From Candidatus Eiseniibacteriota bacterium (GTDB lineage: Bacteria > Eisenbacteria > RBG-16-71-46), in contig JBGAML010000024.1 of the NCBI GenBank assembly GCA_044223005.1, positions 1-57,752 of the forward strand: 57,752 nt of DNA. The letters are read 5' to 3'. Shown piece by piece: positions 47,779 to 56,700 of this stretch. The position numbers were made by a program, and so were the translations under genes. The notes below the pieces were generated by a model. The model was given only the letters and a program-made list of their open reading frames with translations, was not told where the DNA came from and made no database searches. Within the stretch, counting starts at the first letter, position 1, and each line of letters begins with the position of its first letter.

Positions 47779-50367
47779 TCACGCGGCCGGCCTCGCGCCC
47801 GCCGCCGATTCCTCGCCCGGAGGGGACCGGCGCGGACGGCGCGCGATCACCGCCAGCGTGCGCAGGAGCGTCCGCAGGTCGAGCACGACCGAGCGGTGGT
47901 CGACGTAGAACAGGTCGTAGTGCACGCGCCGCACGACGCCGTCGGCGTCGCCGTCGGCGATACCCGAGACCTGCGCGAGGCCCGTGAGCCCCGGGCGCAC
48001 CGTGAACCGGCGGCCGTAGTCCGGCACCATGCTCTTCCAGCGCAGCACGAGCTCTTCCTTCTCGGGCTTCGGGCCCACGAGCGCCATCTCGCCGCGCACC
48101 ACGTTGAGCAGCCACGGCAGCTTGTCGAGGCGTCGGCACGCGAGCCAGCGGCTGACGGGCCCGAGGTCGTGGCGGAAGCGCGAGCAGGTGATCGGCGCAC
48201 CCATCAGGTCCTGCGTGCGGCGCTCGATGTTGCGGCGGTCGATCGGGACGTTGCTCGGCGCCACGCGGCGCGGGCCACGGCGGCGCGTGCGCCCGATGCG
48301 CACCTCGTCGTAGAGGAACGCGCGCTGGCCGCGCAGGCGGGCCTCGAGCACCACCGCGAGCCAGAGCGGCGAGGACAGCGCGAGCAGGCCGATCGCGACC
48401 GCGGCGTCGAACCCGCGGCGCACGGCGTCCGCGAGGTCCATCGGCGGCGCCGGCACGGGCGCGGTCGCGGCGGGCAGCTGTACGTCGGGCATGACCGGCG
48501 CCGGCTGGAGCTTGAGGTCCTCGGCGGTGGGCTCGCGATACTCGGGCACGATCTGGTGGAGCTGCTGCTTCACCGCCTCGGGATCGCCGACCTCGGCGGT
48601 GCGTTCGAGCGTCTCGACCTCGCCGCGCAGCACGGTCTCGGGCTTGGACTCGAGGTCCCACGTGAGGATGCGCTCGTGCCGCGTGATGCGCGTCTGCTCC
48701 GTGTGCGAATGCAGTTCCTCGTAGAGCTTCTCGCCCGGGCGCAGGCCGGTGAAGACGATCTCGATGTCCTCGCCCTCGCGCAGGCCGGCGAGGCGCACGA
48801 GCTGGCGCGCGAGGTCCTGGATGCGGACCTGCTCGCCCATGTCGAGGAGGAACACCTCGCCCCCGCGTCCCATCGCGCCCGCCTGCAGCACGAGCCGCAC
48901 GGCCTCGGGGATCGTCATGAAGTAGCGCCGCGCCTCAGGGTGCGTGACGGTGATCGGGCCGCCGCGCTGCAACTGGCGCTGGAAGAGCGGGATCACCGAG
49001 CCGTCGCTGCCAAGCACGTTGCCGAACCGCACCGCGCAGAAGCGCGTCTGGCTGCGGCGCGAGGCGCTCTGCAGCAGCATCTCGCACACGCGCTTGCTCG
49101 CGCCCATCACGCTCGTCGGGTTCACCGCCTTGTCGGTCGAGATGAGCACGAACTTGGCGGTGTCGTGACGGTCCGCCGATTCCACCAAGTTGCGGGTGCC
49201 GACGATGTTGTTGAGCACGGCCTCGCGCGGGCTCGATTCGAGCAGCGGCACGTGCTTGTGCGCGGCGGCGTGGAACACGACCGCGGGCTTGAAGCGGCGG
49301 AACACGGACTCGATGCCGGCCGCGTCGCGGATGTCACAGACGATCGCGTGCACGGGGAACGAACCGCGCATCGCGACCAGCTCGTGGTGCACGAAGTAGA
49401 GGCCGTTCTCGGCGTGGTCGAGCAGGACGAGCTCGGACGGCCCGAACTCGAACACCTGCCGCGCGAGCTCGGAGCCGATCGAACCGCCACCGCCGGTCAC
49501 GAGCACCGGCTTGCCGCGCAGGAACTCGCCGACTTCCTCGAGGTCCAGCTGCACGGGCTCGCGGCCGAGGAGGTCCTCGATGCGGATGTCGCGCATCTGC
49601 GCCAGCGACGGGCGCGCGCCGTGGCTCAGGTCCGAGAGGCCGGGCAGCGTCTTGATGCGGACGCTCGCCTCAGTGCAGACGCGCGCGATCTCGCGCAGCA
49701 CGCGGCCGGGGACGTCGGGATCGGAGACGACGACCATCTCGATGTGCCGGTCGCGCAGCACCGTGGGCAGGTCCGCGACGGTGCCCAGCACCTTGAGGCC
49801 TTCGATCAGGTGCCCCGTGAGGCGCTCGTCGTCGTCGAGGAAGCCGACGGGCATCAGCGACTCTTCGGCCGACGAGTAGCGGCGCCGCATCTCCTGCACG
49901 AGGTCGACGCCCGAGTGGTCGGCGCCGATCACGAGCGTGGGCACCGAGTGCCCCGAGAACGTGCCGAGCACGCGTTCGCGCGCGAGGCGCCAGGCGAAGC
50001 GCGCACCGCCCACGAGCACCAGCTCGATCAGCCACACGATGGCGATCAGGCTCGAGGGGAACTTGCGATCCGGGATCAGGAACAGCAGCACGACGAGCGA
50101 CGCAGCCGACAGCGTGACGCCCTTGAAGATCTGGAACAGCGTCACCGTGCTCGCGTAGCGCCAGAGGCCGTGGTACAGGCCGGCGAGGAAGAAGCCGAGC
50201 AGCGAGAGCAGCGTGAAGGCCGGTCCGACCTCGAGGTAGCCCTGCCAGAAACGCGGCGGGATCTGGCCCTCGAACCGCAGCGAGAGCGCGGCGAGGTACG
50301 CCAGATTGACGATCGCGGCGTAGCCGATCGTCAGCACGAGGAATCGGGGAGCCTTACGGAATGCCAT
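47779..50367 (-). CDS. Fusion: CapD/PglF-like UDP-sugar 4,6-dehydratase + degenerate phosphoglycosyl transferase domain
   Basis: 4 TM, IEDLLGREPV, VTGGGGSIGSEL, FHAAAHKHVPL, ISTDKAVNPTSVMGASKR, VRFGNVLGS.GSV, GLRPGEKLYEEL; then RRGFDAA...RLDKLPWLLNVVRGEMALVGPKP...RPGLTGLAQV. Start uncertain (ATG 50367 or 50460). Confidence 0.9.
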   Translation of the reverse strand: MAFRKAPRFLVLTIGYAAIVNLAYLAALSLRFEGQIPPRFWQGYLEVGPAFTLLSLLGFFLAGLYHGLWRYASTVTLFQIFKGVTLSAASLVVLLFLIPDRKFPSSLIAIVWLIELVLVGGARFAWRLARERVLGTFSGHSVPTLVIGADHSGVDLVQEMRRRYSSAEESLMPVGFLDDDERLTGHLIEGLKVLGTVADLPTVLRDRHIEMVVVSDPDVPGRVLREIARVCTEASVRIKTLPGLSDLSHGARPSLAQMRDIRIEDLLGREPVQLDLEEVGEFLRGKPVLVTGGGGSIGSELARQVFEFGPSELVLLDHAENGLYFVHHELVAMRGSFPVHAIVCDIRDAAGIESVFRRFKPAVVFHAAAHKHVPLLESSPREAVLNNIVGTRNLVESADRHDTAKFVLISTDKAVNPTSVMGASKRVCEMLLQSASRRSQTRFCAVRFGNVLGSDGSVIPLFQRQLQRGGPITVTHPEARRYFMTIPEAVRLVLQAGAMGRGGEVFLLDMGEQVRIQDLARQLVRLAGLREGEDIEIVFTGLRPGEKLYEELHSHTEQTRITRHERILTWDLESKPETVLRGEVETLERTAEVGDPEAVKQQLHQIVPEYREPTAEDLKLQPAPVMPDVQLPAATAPVPAPPMDLADAVRRGFDAAVAIGLLALSSPLWLAVVLEARLRGQRAFLYDEVRIGRTRRRGPRRVAPSNVPIDRRNIERRTQDLMGAPITCSRFRHDLGPVSRWLACRRLDKLPWLLNVVRGEMALVGPKPEKEELVLRWKSMVPDYGRRFTVRPGLTGLAQVSGIADGDADGVVRRVHYDLFYVDHRSVVLDLRTLLRTLAVIARRPRRSPPGEESAAGARPAA

Positions 50368-50520
50368 GCAGAGGGGGAGTCCGAGTGCGGTACGCCGGAC
50401 AGCCGAAAGACCGGGCGAGCCCCCGTGGATCGGGGTCCGGTCCGGAGCGTCGGCTGCCATGACCTGGGAGGCGGACCCGCGACCGGGGTTCCCGGGCAGG
50501 GGTCCGCATCCGGAACTGTA

Positions 50521-50536
50521 TGCAAGGCACGCGCCC
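50521..50536 (-). promoter_or_regulatory. Putative sigma54 promoter of the polysaccharide/exosortase operon
   Basis: Minus strand GGGCGCGTGCCTTGCA fits GG-N10-GC with a consensus TTGCA -12 element. Confidence 0.6.
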
Positions 50537-50890
50537 GGACCTTTCGGGCTGTATCGCGCCCCGCCTGGACGGAGAGATCGTCGAGAGTGTACCCAAGAAA
50601 CCTGCTGCCGTACATGAGACGGCAGGACCAGCACGCGACCGCAGCATACTACGCAGGCGTTTCCGAATGGGTCAATCTCATGTCAGGAGCCGGGTTATGA
50701 GGCTACGCGCAGGTGGTGCCTCAAGCGCGGCGGTGCGACATCGCCGCGGCGCCGCCGTGGCATGGCTCCGCGCGGTGATGGAAAGTCCCTGAATATCGGC
50801 AATCCGCGATCGGGTCAGGCGACGGACCGTTGGCCGGTTCGTGGTGAATCTCGCCCACCCTGCAAGGGCGGAATGCGGCGAGCGAGGCGC

Positions 50891-51784
50891 TCAGGCCGCG
50901 CCGGAACGGCCCGCCAGCATGGCCGCTTCGGCCCGGATTCCGTCCCGGAAGGGCCGCGGATCGAAGCCGAGGTCGCGGCGGGCCGGGCCGATGTCGACGG
51001 CCTTCGACTCCGTGAGCCGCAGCACCTGCTCGGGGCTGACCGGGAACGGCACGCGGATCCGGCGCGCGAACACCGCCGCGTGATGCGCCGGCGCCAGGGG
51101 CAGCGGCAGGATCCAGTACGGCCGCTCGAGCGCGGCCGCGCACTCGCGGATCACGTCCTTGAGCGCGATCGGTTCCGGACCGCCGACGTCGTACGCCTGC
51201 CGCGCCGCCGCGGGGCGTTCGAGCGAGGCGAGGATCGCGTCGGTGAGGTCGTCGACGTGCACGGGCTGCTGCAGCGTGATGCCGCCGAGCGGCGCGGGCA
51301 CGACGGGCCAGCGCTGCAGCCAGCGCAGCAGGCGCACGAGGTTCCGGTCGCGCGGCGTGCCGTAGATCATGCTCGGCCGCAGGATCGTCCACGCGAGCGG
51401 CGAGTCGCGCAGCGCCTGCTCCCCCGCCCGCTTGGCGTCGGCTCCCGAGCTCACGAGCTTCGTGTACACGCCCGCCGAACTGACGAACACACCCGCGCGC
51501 GCGCCGCCCGCGAGGATCGCGGGCAGCATCGCCGGCACCAGCGCGAGCCCCGCGAGGTGCACCACGCTCTCGGCGCCGTCGAACGCGCCGCGCAACGTCT
51601 CGGGCGCGGCGAGATCGCCGTGGCGCAGTTCGACGTTGGGGAACGCGGTGATCGCCGACGCATCGCGACCCGGCCGCACGACCGCGAGCACGTGCACCCC
51701 GCGATCGCGCAGGTGCGGCAGCAGGCGCGACGCGACGAAGCCGAGCGGGCCGGTAACGGCGATCGTGCGCGGCATCGGGCTCAT
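50891..51784 (-). CDS. NAD-dependent epimerase/dehydratase (atypical SDR)
   Basis: IAVTGPLGFVA, VVHLAG, FVSS, WTILRPSMIYG, QPVHVDDL, YDVGGPE. Confidence 0.88.
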   Translation of the reverse strand: MSPMPRTIAVTGPLGFVASRLLPHLRDRGVHVLAVVRPGRDASAITAFPNVELRHGDLAAPETLRGAFDGAESVVHLAGLALVPAMLPAILAGGARAGVFVSSAGVYTKLVSSGADAKRAGEQALRDSPLAWTILRPSMIYGTPRDRNLVRLLRWLQRWPVVPAPLGGITLQQPVHVDDLTDAILASLERPAAARQAYDVGGPEPIALKDVIRECAAALERPYWILPLPLAPAHHAAVFARRIRVPFPVSPEQVLRLTESKAVDIGPARRDLGFDPRPFRDGIRAEAAMLAGRSGAA

Positions 51785-51860
51785 CGGCGGCCCTCGCGGG
51801 TGGTGGCCGGAAGCGGAACGCCCGCGCGAGTCGGACTCACGCGGGCGCCGGAATCGGGGT

Positions 51861-51936
51861 TGGTAGCGCTACGGGGATTCGAACCCCGGTTTGATGGCTG
51901 AGAACCACCCGTCCTAGACCCCTAGACGATAGCGCC
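51861..51936 (-). tRNA. tRNA-Glu (CTC)
   Basis: GGCGCTATCGTCTAGGGGTCTAGGACGGGTGGTT-CTC-AGCCATCAAACCGGGGTTCGAATCCCCGTAGCGCTACCA; cloverleaf with encoded CCA. Confidence 0.97.
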
Positions 51937-52059
51937 ACGGAACTGCGGTGCTGCGGCGTTCGCGATCCTGGCGCGAGCCGGAGGGGCGAGCTGCTCCCCT
52001 CTCGATCCCGCATCGCGAACACGTCCGCCGGCGGCATGACCGCCGGCGAACGGTGAAGA

Positions 52060-52133
52060 TGGCTGCCCCGCAAGGATTCGAACCTCGACTAACTGGGCCA
52101 GAACCAGTCGTGCTGCCGTTACACTACGGGGCA
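52060..52133 (-). tRNA. tRNA-Gln (CTG)
   Basis: TGCCCCGTAGTGTAACGGCAGCACGACTGGTT-CTG-GCCCAGTTAGTCGAGGTTCGAATCCTTGCGGGGCAGCCA. Confidence 0.97.
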
Positions 52134-52144
52134 ATCGGCCGGAG

Positions 52145-52173
52145 AATCTAGCCGCTGCCCGCGGGTTGCGCAA
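52145..52173 (-). promoter_or_regulatory. Sigma70 promoter for the tRNA pair
   Basis: TTGCGC-N17-TAGATT just upstream of tRNA-Gln. Confidence 0.6.
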
Positions 52174-52190
52174 GTCGCGGCGCCTCGCGC

Positions 52191-53660
52191 TCAGGCGGGG
52201 CCCGCGGCCGCCTCGGTCTCGGCCCGCCACGCGGCGGCCCGCAGGCGCGCCACCGCCCGCTCGCGCCCGAGCAGCCACATGACCTCGAAGATGCCGGGCG
52301 AGATCGTGCTGCCCGTGAGCGCGACGCGCGCGGCACCGATCAGTTCGCCCGCCTTCACGCCCCGTTCCGTCGCGAGCGCGCGCGTCGCCTGCTCGAGGCT
52401 CGCGAGCGACCACTCCGCGTCCGCACCGAGGCGCTCGGCCAGGGCGCGCAACCGCGCCGCGAGGGACTCGCGCGACTTGAGCCCGGCCCACGCGGCCGCG
52501 TCGATCGCGAGTTCGTCGCGGAGTGCGAATGCACCGTAGGTTTCGGCGTCGGCGAGCGTGCGCAGCCGCTCGCCCAGCGCGCGCACGAACGCGGCGCGCC
52601 ACTCGGGGGTGCGGTGCGCGAGGTTCGTGCCGCGCGCGGCGAGGAACGCCTCGACGCGGCGCACGCGCTCGGCCTCGTCGAGCCGCTTCAGGTGCTGCGC
52701 GTTCACCCACTCGAGCTTCTGCGTGTCGAAGATCGCCGGGTTCGCGCCGACCTTCTCGAGCGTGAAGAACTGTTCGAGCTCGGCGAGCGTGAACAGTTCG
52801 CGCTGGCCGTCGTAGGCCCAGCCGAGCAGCGCGAGGAAGTTCACCATGCCCTCGGGCACGAAGCCCAGGTCGCCGAACGCCTCGACGCTCGTGGCCCCGT
52901 GGCGCTTGGAGAGCCGCTTGCCGTCGGGGCCGAGGATCATCGAGGCGTGCGCGAAGACGGGCGGCTCGGCGCCCAGCGCGTGATAGAGCAGCAGTTGGCG
53001 CGGCGTGTTGGAGATGTGGTCGTCGCCGCGGATCACGTGGGTGATGCGCATGGCGCGATCGTCCACGACGCACGCGAAGTTGTAGGTCGGCTGGCCGTCC
53101 GAGCGCACGAGCACGAAATCGTCGAGCACCTCGTTCTGGAACGACACGCGCCCGCGTACGACGTCGTCCCACGCGGTCTCCCCCGGCCCGGGCAGCGCGA
53201 ACCGGATCACGCACGGCGCACCGGACGCGAGCCGCTCCGCGTGCTCGGCCGCGGACAACGCGCGGCAGCGGCCGTCGTAGCGGCTCTCGCCGTCCTCGGC
53301 CTTCGCGGCGCGGCGCGCGGTGAGTTCGGCGGGCGTGCACCAGCAGCGGTACGCGTGCCCGGACGCGAGCAGCTCCTGCGCAGCCGCGTCGTAGATCGCG
53401 CGGCGCTCGGTCTGCACGTACGGTCCGTACTCGCCGCCGGCGCCCGGGCCCTCGTCCCATGAGAGGCCGAGCCAGCGCATGCCGGCGAGGATCGCGTCGA
53501 CCGATTCCGGCGTGGAGCGCGCGGCGTCCGTGTCCTCGATCCGGAGCACGAACGCACCGCCGCGCGAGCGCGCGAAGAGATAGTTGTAGAGCGCCGTGCG
53601 CGCGCCTCCGACGTGCAGGTAACCGGTGGGACTGGGCGCGAAACGGACACGGACGCTCAT
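52191..53660 (-). CDS. gltX: Glutamate--tRNA ligase
   Basis: RVRFAPSPTGYLHVGGARTALYN, LRIEDTD, PTYNFACVVDD, THVIRGDDHISNTP, KRLSKRHGA. Confidence 0.98.
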   Translation of the reverse strand: MSVRVRFAPSPTGYLHVGGARTALYNYLFARSRGGAFVLRIEDTDAARSTPESVDAILAGMRWLGLSWDEGPGAGGEYGPYVQTERRAIYDAAAQELLASGHAYRCWCTPAELTARRAAKAEDGESRYDGRCRALSAAEHAERLASGAPCVIRFALPGPGETAWDDVVRGRVSFQNEVLDDFVLVRSDGQPTYNFACVVDDRAMRITHVIRGDDHISNTPRQLLLYHALGAEPPVFAHASMILGPDGKRLSKRHGATSVEAFGDLGFVPEGMVNFLALLGWAYDGQRELFTLAELEQFFTLEKVGANPAIFDTQKLEWVNAQHLKRLDEAERVRRVEAFLAARGTNLAHRTPEWRAAFVRALGERLRTLADAETYGAFALRDELAIDAAAWAGLKSRESLAARLRALAERLGADAEWSLASLEQATRALATERGVKAGELIGAARVALTGSTISPGIFEVMWLLGRERAVARLRAAAWRAETEAAAGPA

Positions 53661-53700
53661 GGCGAGGAACTCTCCGGATGGGGACGCCGACGGGACGGCG

Positions 53701-53730
53701 ACACTACGGAGCCGCGCGCGCGCCGGTCAA
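53701..53730 (-). promoter_or_regulatory. Putative sigma70 promoter for gltX
   Basis: TTGACC-N18-TAGTGT, overlapping the end of the C25 ORF. Confidence 0.5.
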
Positions 53731-56700
53731 GCGTGCGGGGCGGTGACCGGTTCGGTCACCGCCGCGCGACTGCGAGCCGATCGCGAAGCGCGCGAAGTAC
53801 ACGCCCCCGCGCACCGGGCTCCGGCCGGCGTCGCGGAGATCCCAGGCGAGCGAGAACCGCCCGGTCTTCGCGATGCCGCGGTCGACCGTCGCGACGCGGC
53901 GCCCGGTGAGGTCGTAGATCGCGAGCTCGTACGTCTGGCCCGCGAGCGACGCCGGGACGCCGAACCACATGCGCGACGTGCCGTGCACCGGGTTGGGCGA
54001 CGGCGGCGCGAACTCGAGGTCGCGCACCTCGCCGCCGGCGAGCGGTCCGCCCTCCACGTCCGACACGAACACCTTCGCGCCCGCGAAGCCGGTGCGGCGC
54101 GCGTCGTGGTGGAACTGCGGCCACGGCGGCGTGCCGTTGGGCTGGAACGGGAAGTCGTAGTCCCACACGTAGAGGTTCTTGTCCCAGTCGGAGAGCACGA
54201 TCTCCGTCTTGCCGTCGCGGTCGATGTCCGCCACGGCCGGCGTGCCGCGCACCTCGCCGGAGAGCTGGATCGGGAAGCCGGCGAGCACCTGGCCGTTGGC
54301 GCCCGAGAACGCCGTCAGCTGCGCCGTCTCGCCGCCACAGAGGATGTCGTTCCAGCCGTCGCCGTTGATGTCGGCGACGATCGGGCTGCTCTCCGACGCG
54401 CCGGCGGTCAGGGTCGAGTAGCGCAGGCCGTACAGGCCCGGCATGCCGACGCCATTCGCGTAGTAGCAGTACACGCCGCCGTTCGTGCTCTGGAACACGA
54501 TGTCGTTCACGCCGTCGTTGTTCATGTCCGCGATCGCGGGCGACGGGATCTTGGAGCTGCCCTGCGCGCGCATCCACACCGGCCAGCCGGGGCGGCGCGT
54601 GCCGTTGGGCTCGAGCACGTAGATCGAGTCGGCCTCGTTGGCGAACACGATCTCCGGCGACGTGTCGCCCGGGCCGTCGAGGTAGCCGATCGCCGCCGAG
54701 CACGTGATCGGCGAGGTCGTGACGAACGGGAAGCCGGGCAGGTTCGAGCCGTCGGCCTTCCACGCGTACAGCTTGCCGTCGCGCGAGCCGTAGACGATCT
54801 CGGGCTTGCCGTCGCCGTCGAGGTCGGCGAGCGCCGGCGTGCCGTAGTTGTTGTTCGAGCCGAGCACCTTGAACACGCCCTTCGTGCCCGGGATGCCGTC
54901 GCCGTCCATCCACTCGCTGCCGTTCGAGCGCACGACGTAGAAGTTGTTGCCGTTGGAGGCGAAGCACATCTCGGACTTGCCGTCGCCGTCCAGGTCGCCC
55001 ACCGCGACGCCCGACCAGATGCTCGAGTTGATGTAGAGCGGGAAGCCGGACCGCAGTGCGCCGTTCTTGTCGAACACGTAGACGCCCAGCGAGTCCCACG
55101 ACGTCCCGATCACCGACCAGCCCTGCGCCGGGTCGAGCACGGCGAGCGACGCGCCGCTGGCGTAGTAGCCGCCGCGGCGGGTGAAGTCGCCGAGCGTCGA
55201 GCCCGAACCGTCCGCGTCCACCGGCGCCGAGCCGTCGGCGTGCAGCACGTAGAGCACGTCCGAGCCGGCCGCGATGTCCATCTGCGTGTTCGAGTAGAGC
55301 GCTTCGAGCGCGACGTTGCCCGGCGTCGTGCGGCCCATGGGCACCGGGAAGATCGCGTGCGCCGGCGGGTTGGTGCTCGCCGACGACGTGAGCGACTGCG
55401 ACGACTCGTTGCCCGACGAATCCACCGCGGTCACGCGGTAGTAGTACTGCGTGAGCGGCGCGAGACCGCCGTCGGTGTAGTACGAGATGCGGTCGGTCGG
55501 GACGGGCGTCACCTTGGTGAACGGGCCCGCCAGTGCGGAGCTGCGATAGACGTTGTAGCCCGTCAGGTCGGCCGCCGACGAGTGCGCCCACGTGAGCGCG
55601 ACGCCGCTGGCCGTGCCGATCCCGAGCAGCGAGACCGGCGTCGAGGGATACGTGAGGTCGAGCGTCTGCGTCCCCAGCACGCCGTCCTGGTCCGAGAGCA
55701 CGACCTGCAGCTTCGCGAGCGTGCTGAGCGGCATGAACGTGACCGCATCTCCCGCCACGGTCGCGCCGGGCGCGAGGTCGCCGTAGCTCGAGGTGCTGTC
55801 GCTGATCGCGCTCAGGCCGTCCAACGAGCGCAGTACGAGGCTCACGCCGTGCGCGATGCCGGTGCCGTTGTTGCGGAGCGAGATCGTGTAGTTGACCGTC
55901 TCGCCCGCCTCGGGCCGGCCGTTGCCGTTGCCGGGCGTCTCGGTCTCGCCGTGCGCGTACGTGCGCAGTTCGGGCGCGTGCGCGACGAGCTGGAACGCCT
56001 GGCGCCAGCTGCCGCCCACGCCGTCGGTGATCACGAGCTGGAACGGGATCTCGCGCTGGTCCGCCATCGTGTAGGGAACCGAGATCCGGAAGCCGCTCGC
56101 GGGCGAGGCCGCCGCACCGCTGCCGCCCGCCCCGATCGCGCCGTAGCCCACCGTGCCGTTCAGGATCGTGACCTGCGGATCGGTCGTCGAGAGGTCGGCC
56201 GAGAGCGCGCCGCTCGCGCCGCCGCCGCGATTGGCGAGCGTCACGCGCAGGTCCACGGTCTCGCCCGCGTCGAGCGACGCACCTGCGTCGCCGATCGTGC
56301 CGTTGCTGCCGTCGTCCACGACCGTCACGCCCGCCTGCACGATCACCGGTGCACCGGCCGCGGCGATCGTCGCGGTGCCCTGCCACGGGCGCGCGTTGTA
56401 CGCGGTGACGGTGAGCGTCACGGTGCCGCCCGCCAGGTCCGGACGGAACGGCAGCACGACCGCACCCGCGGCGTCGGTGAGCCCGGTCTCGAAATCGTTG
56501 CCGGCGCGGTACGCGGTCACGCGCGCGTTGGCGAGCGGCAGTCCGTCCTGCTGCACCTGCACCGCGATCGTCGTGTCGGCGACCGAGATCGTGGCAGGCG
56601 CCGTCACGGCGAGCGTGCCCGGCCGGCTGCGCCACATGCGCAGTTCGGGATCGCCGAGTTCGAGCAGCGTCATCTGCGTCCAGCGATCGACGCCGTCGTA

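Noticed and set aside
34310..50700. Very long + strand ORFs (34310..37678, 44249..47908, 47896..50700)
   Set aside because: Antisense shadows of the glycan genes.
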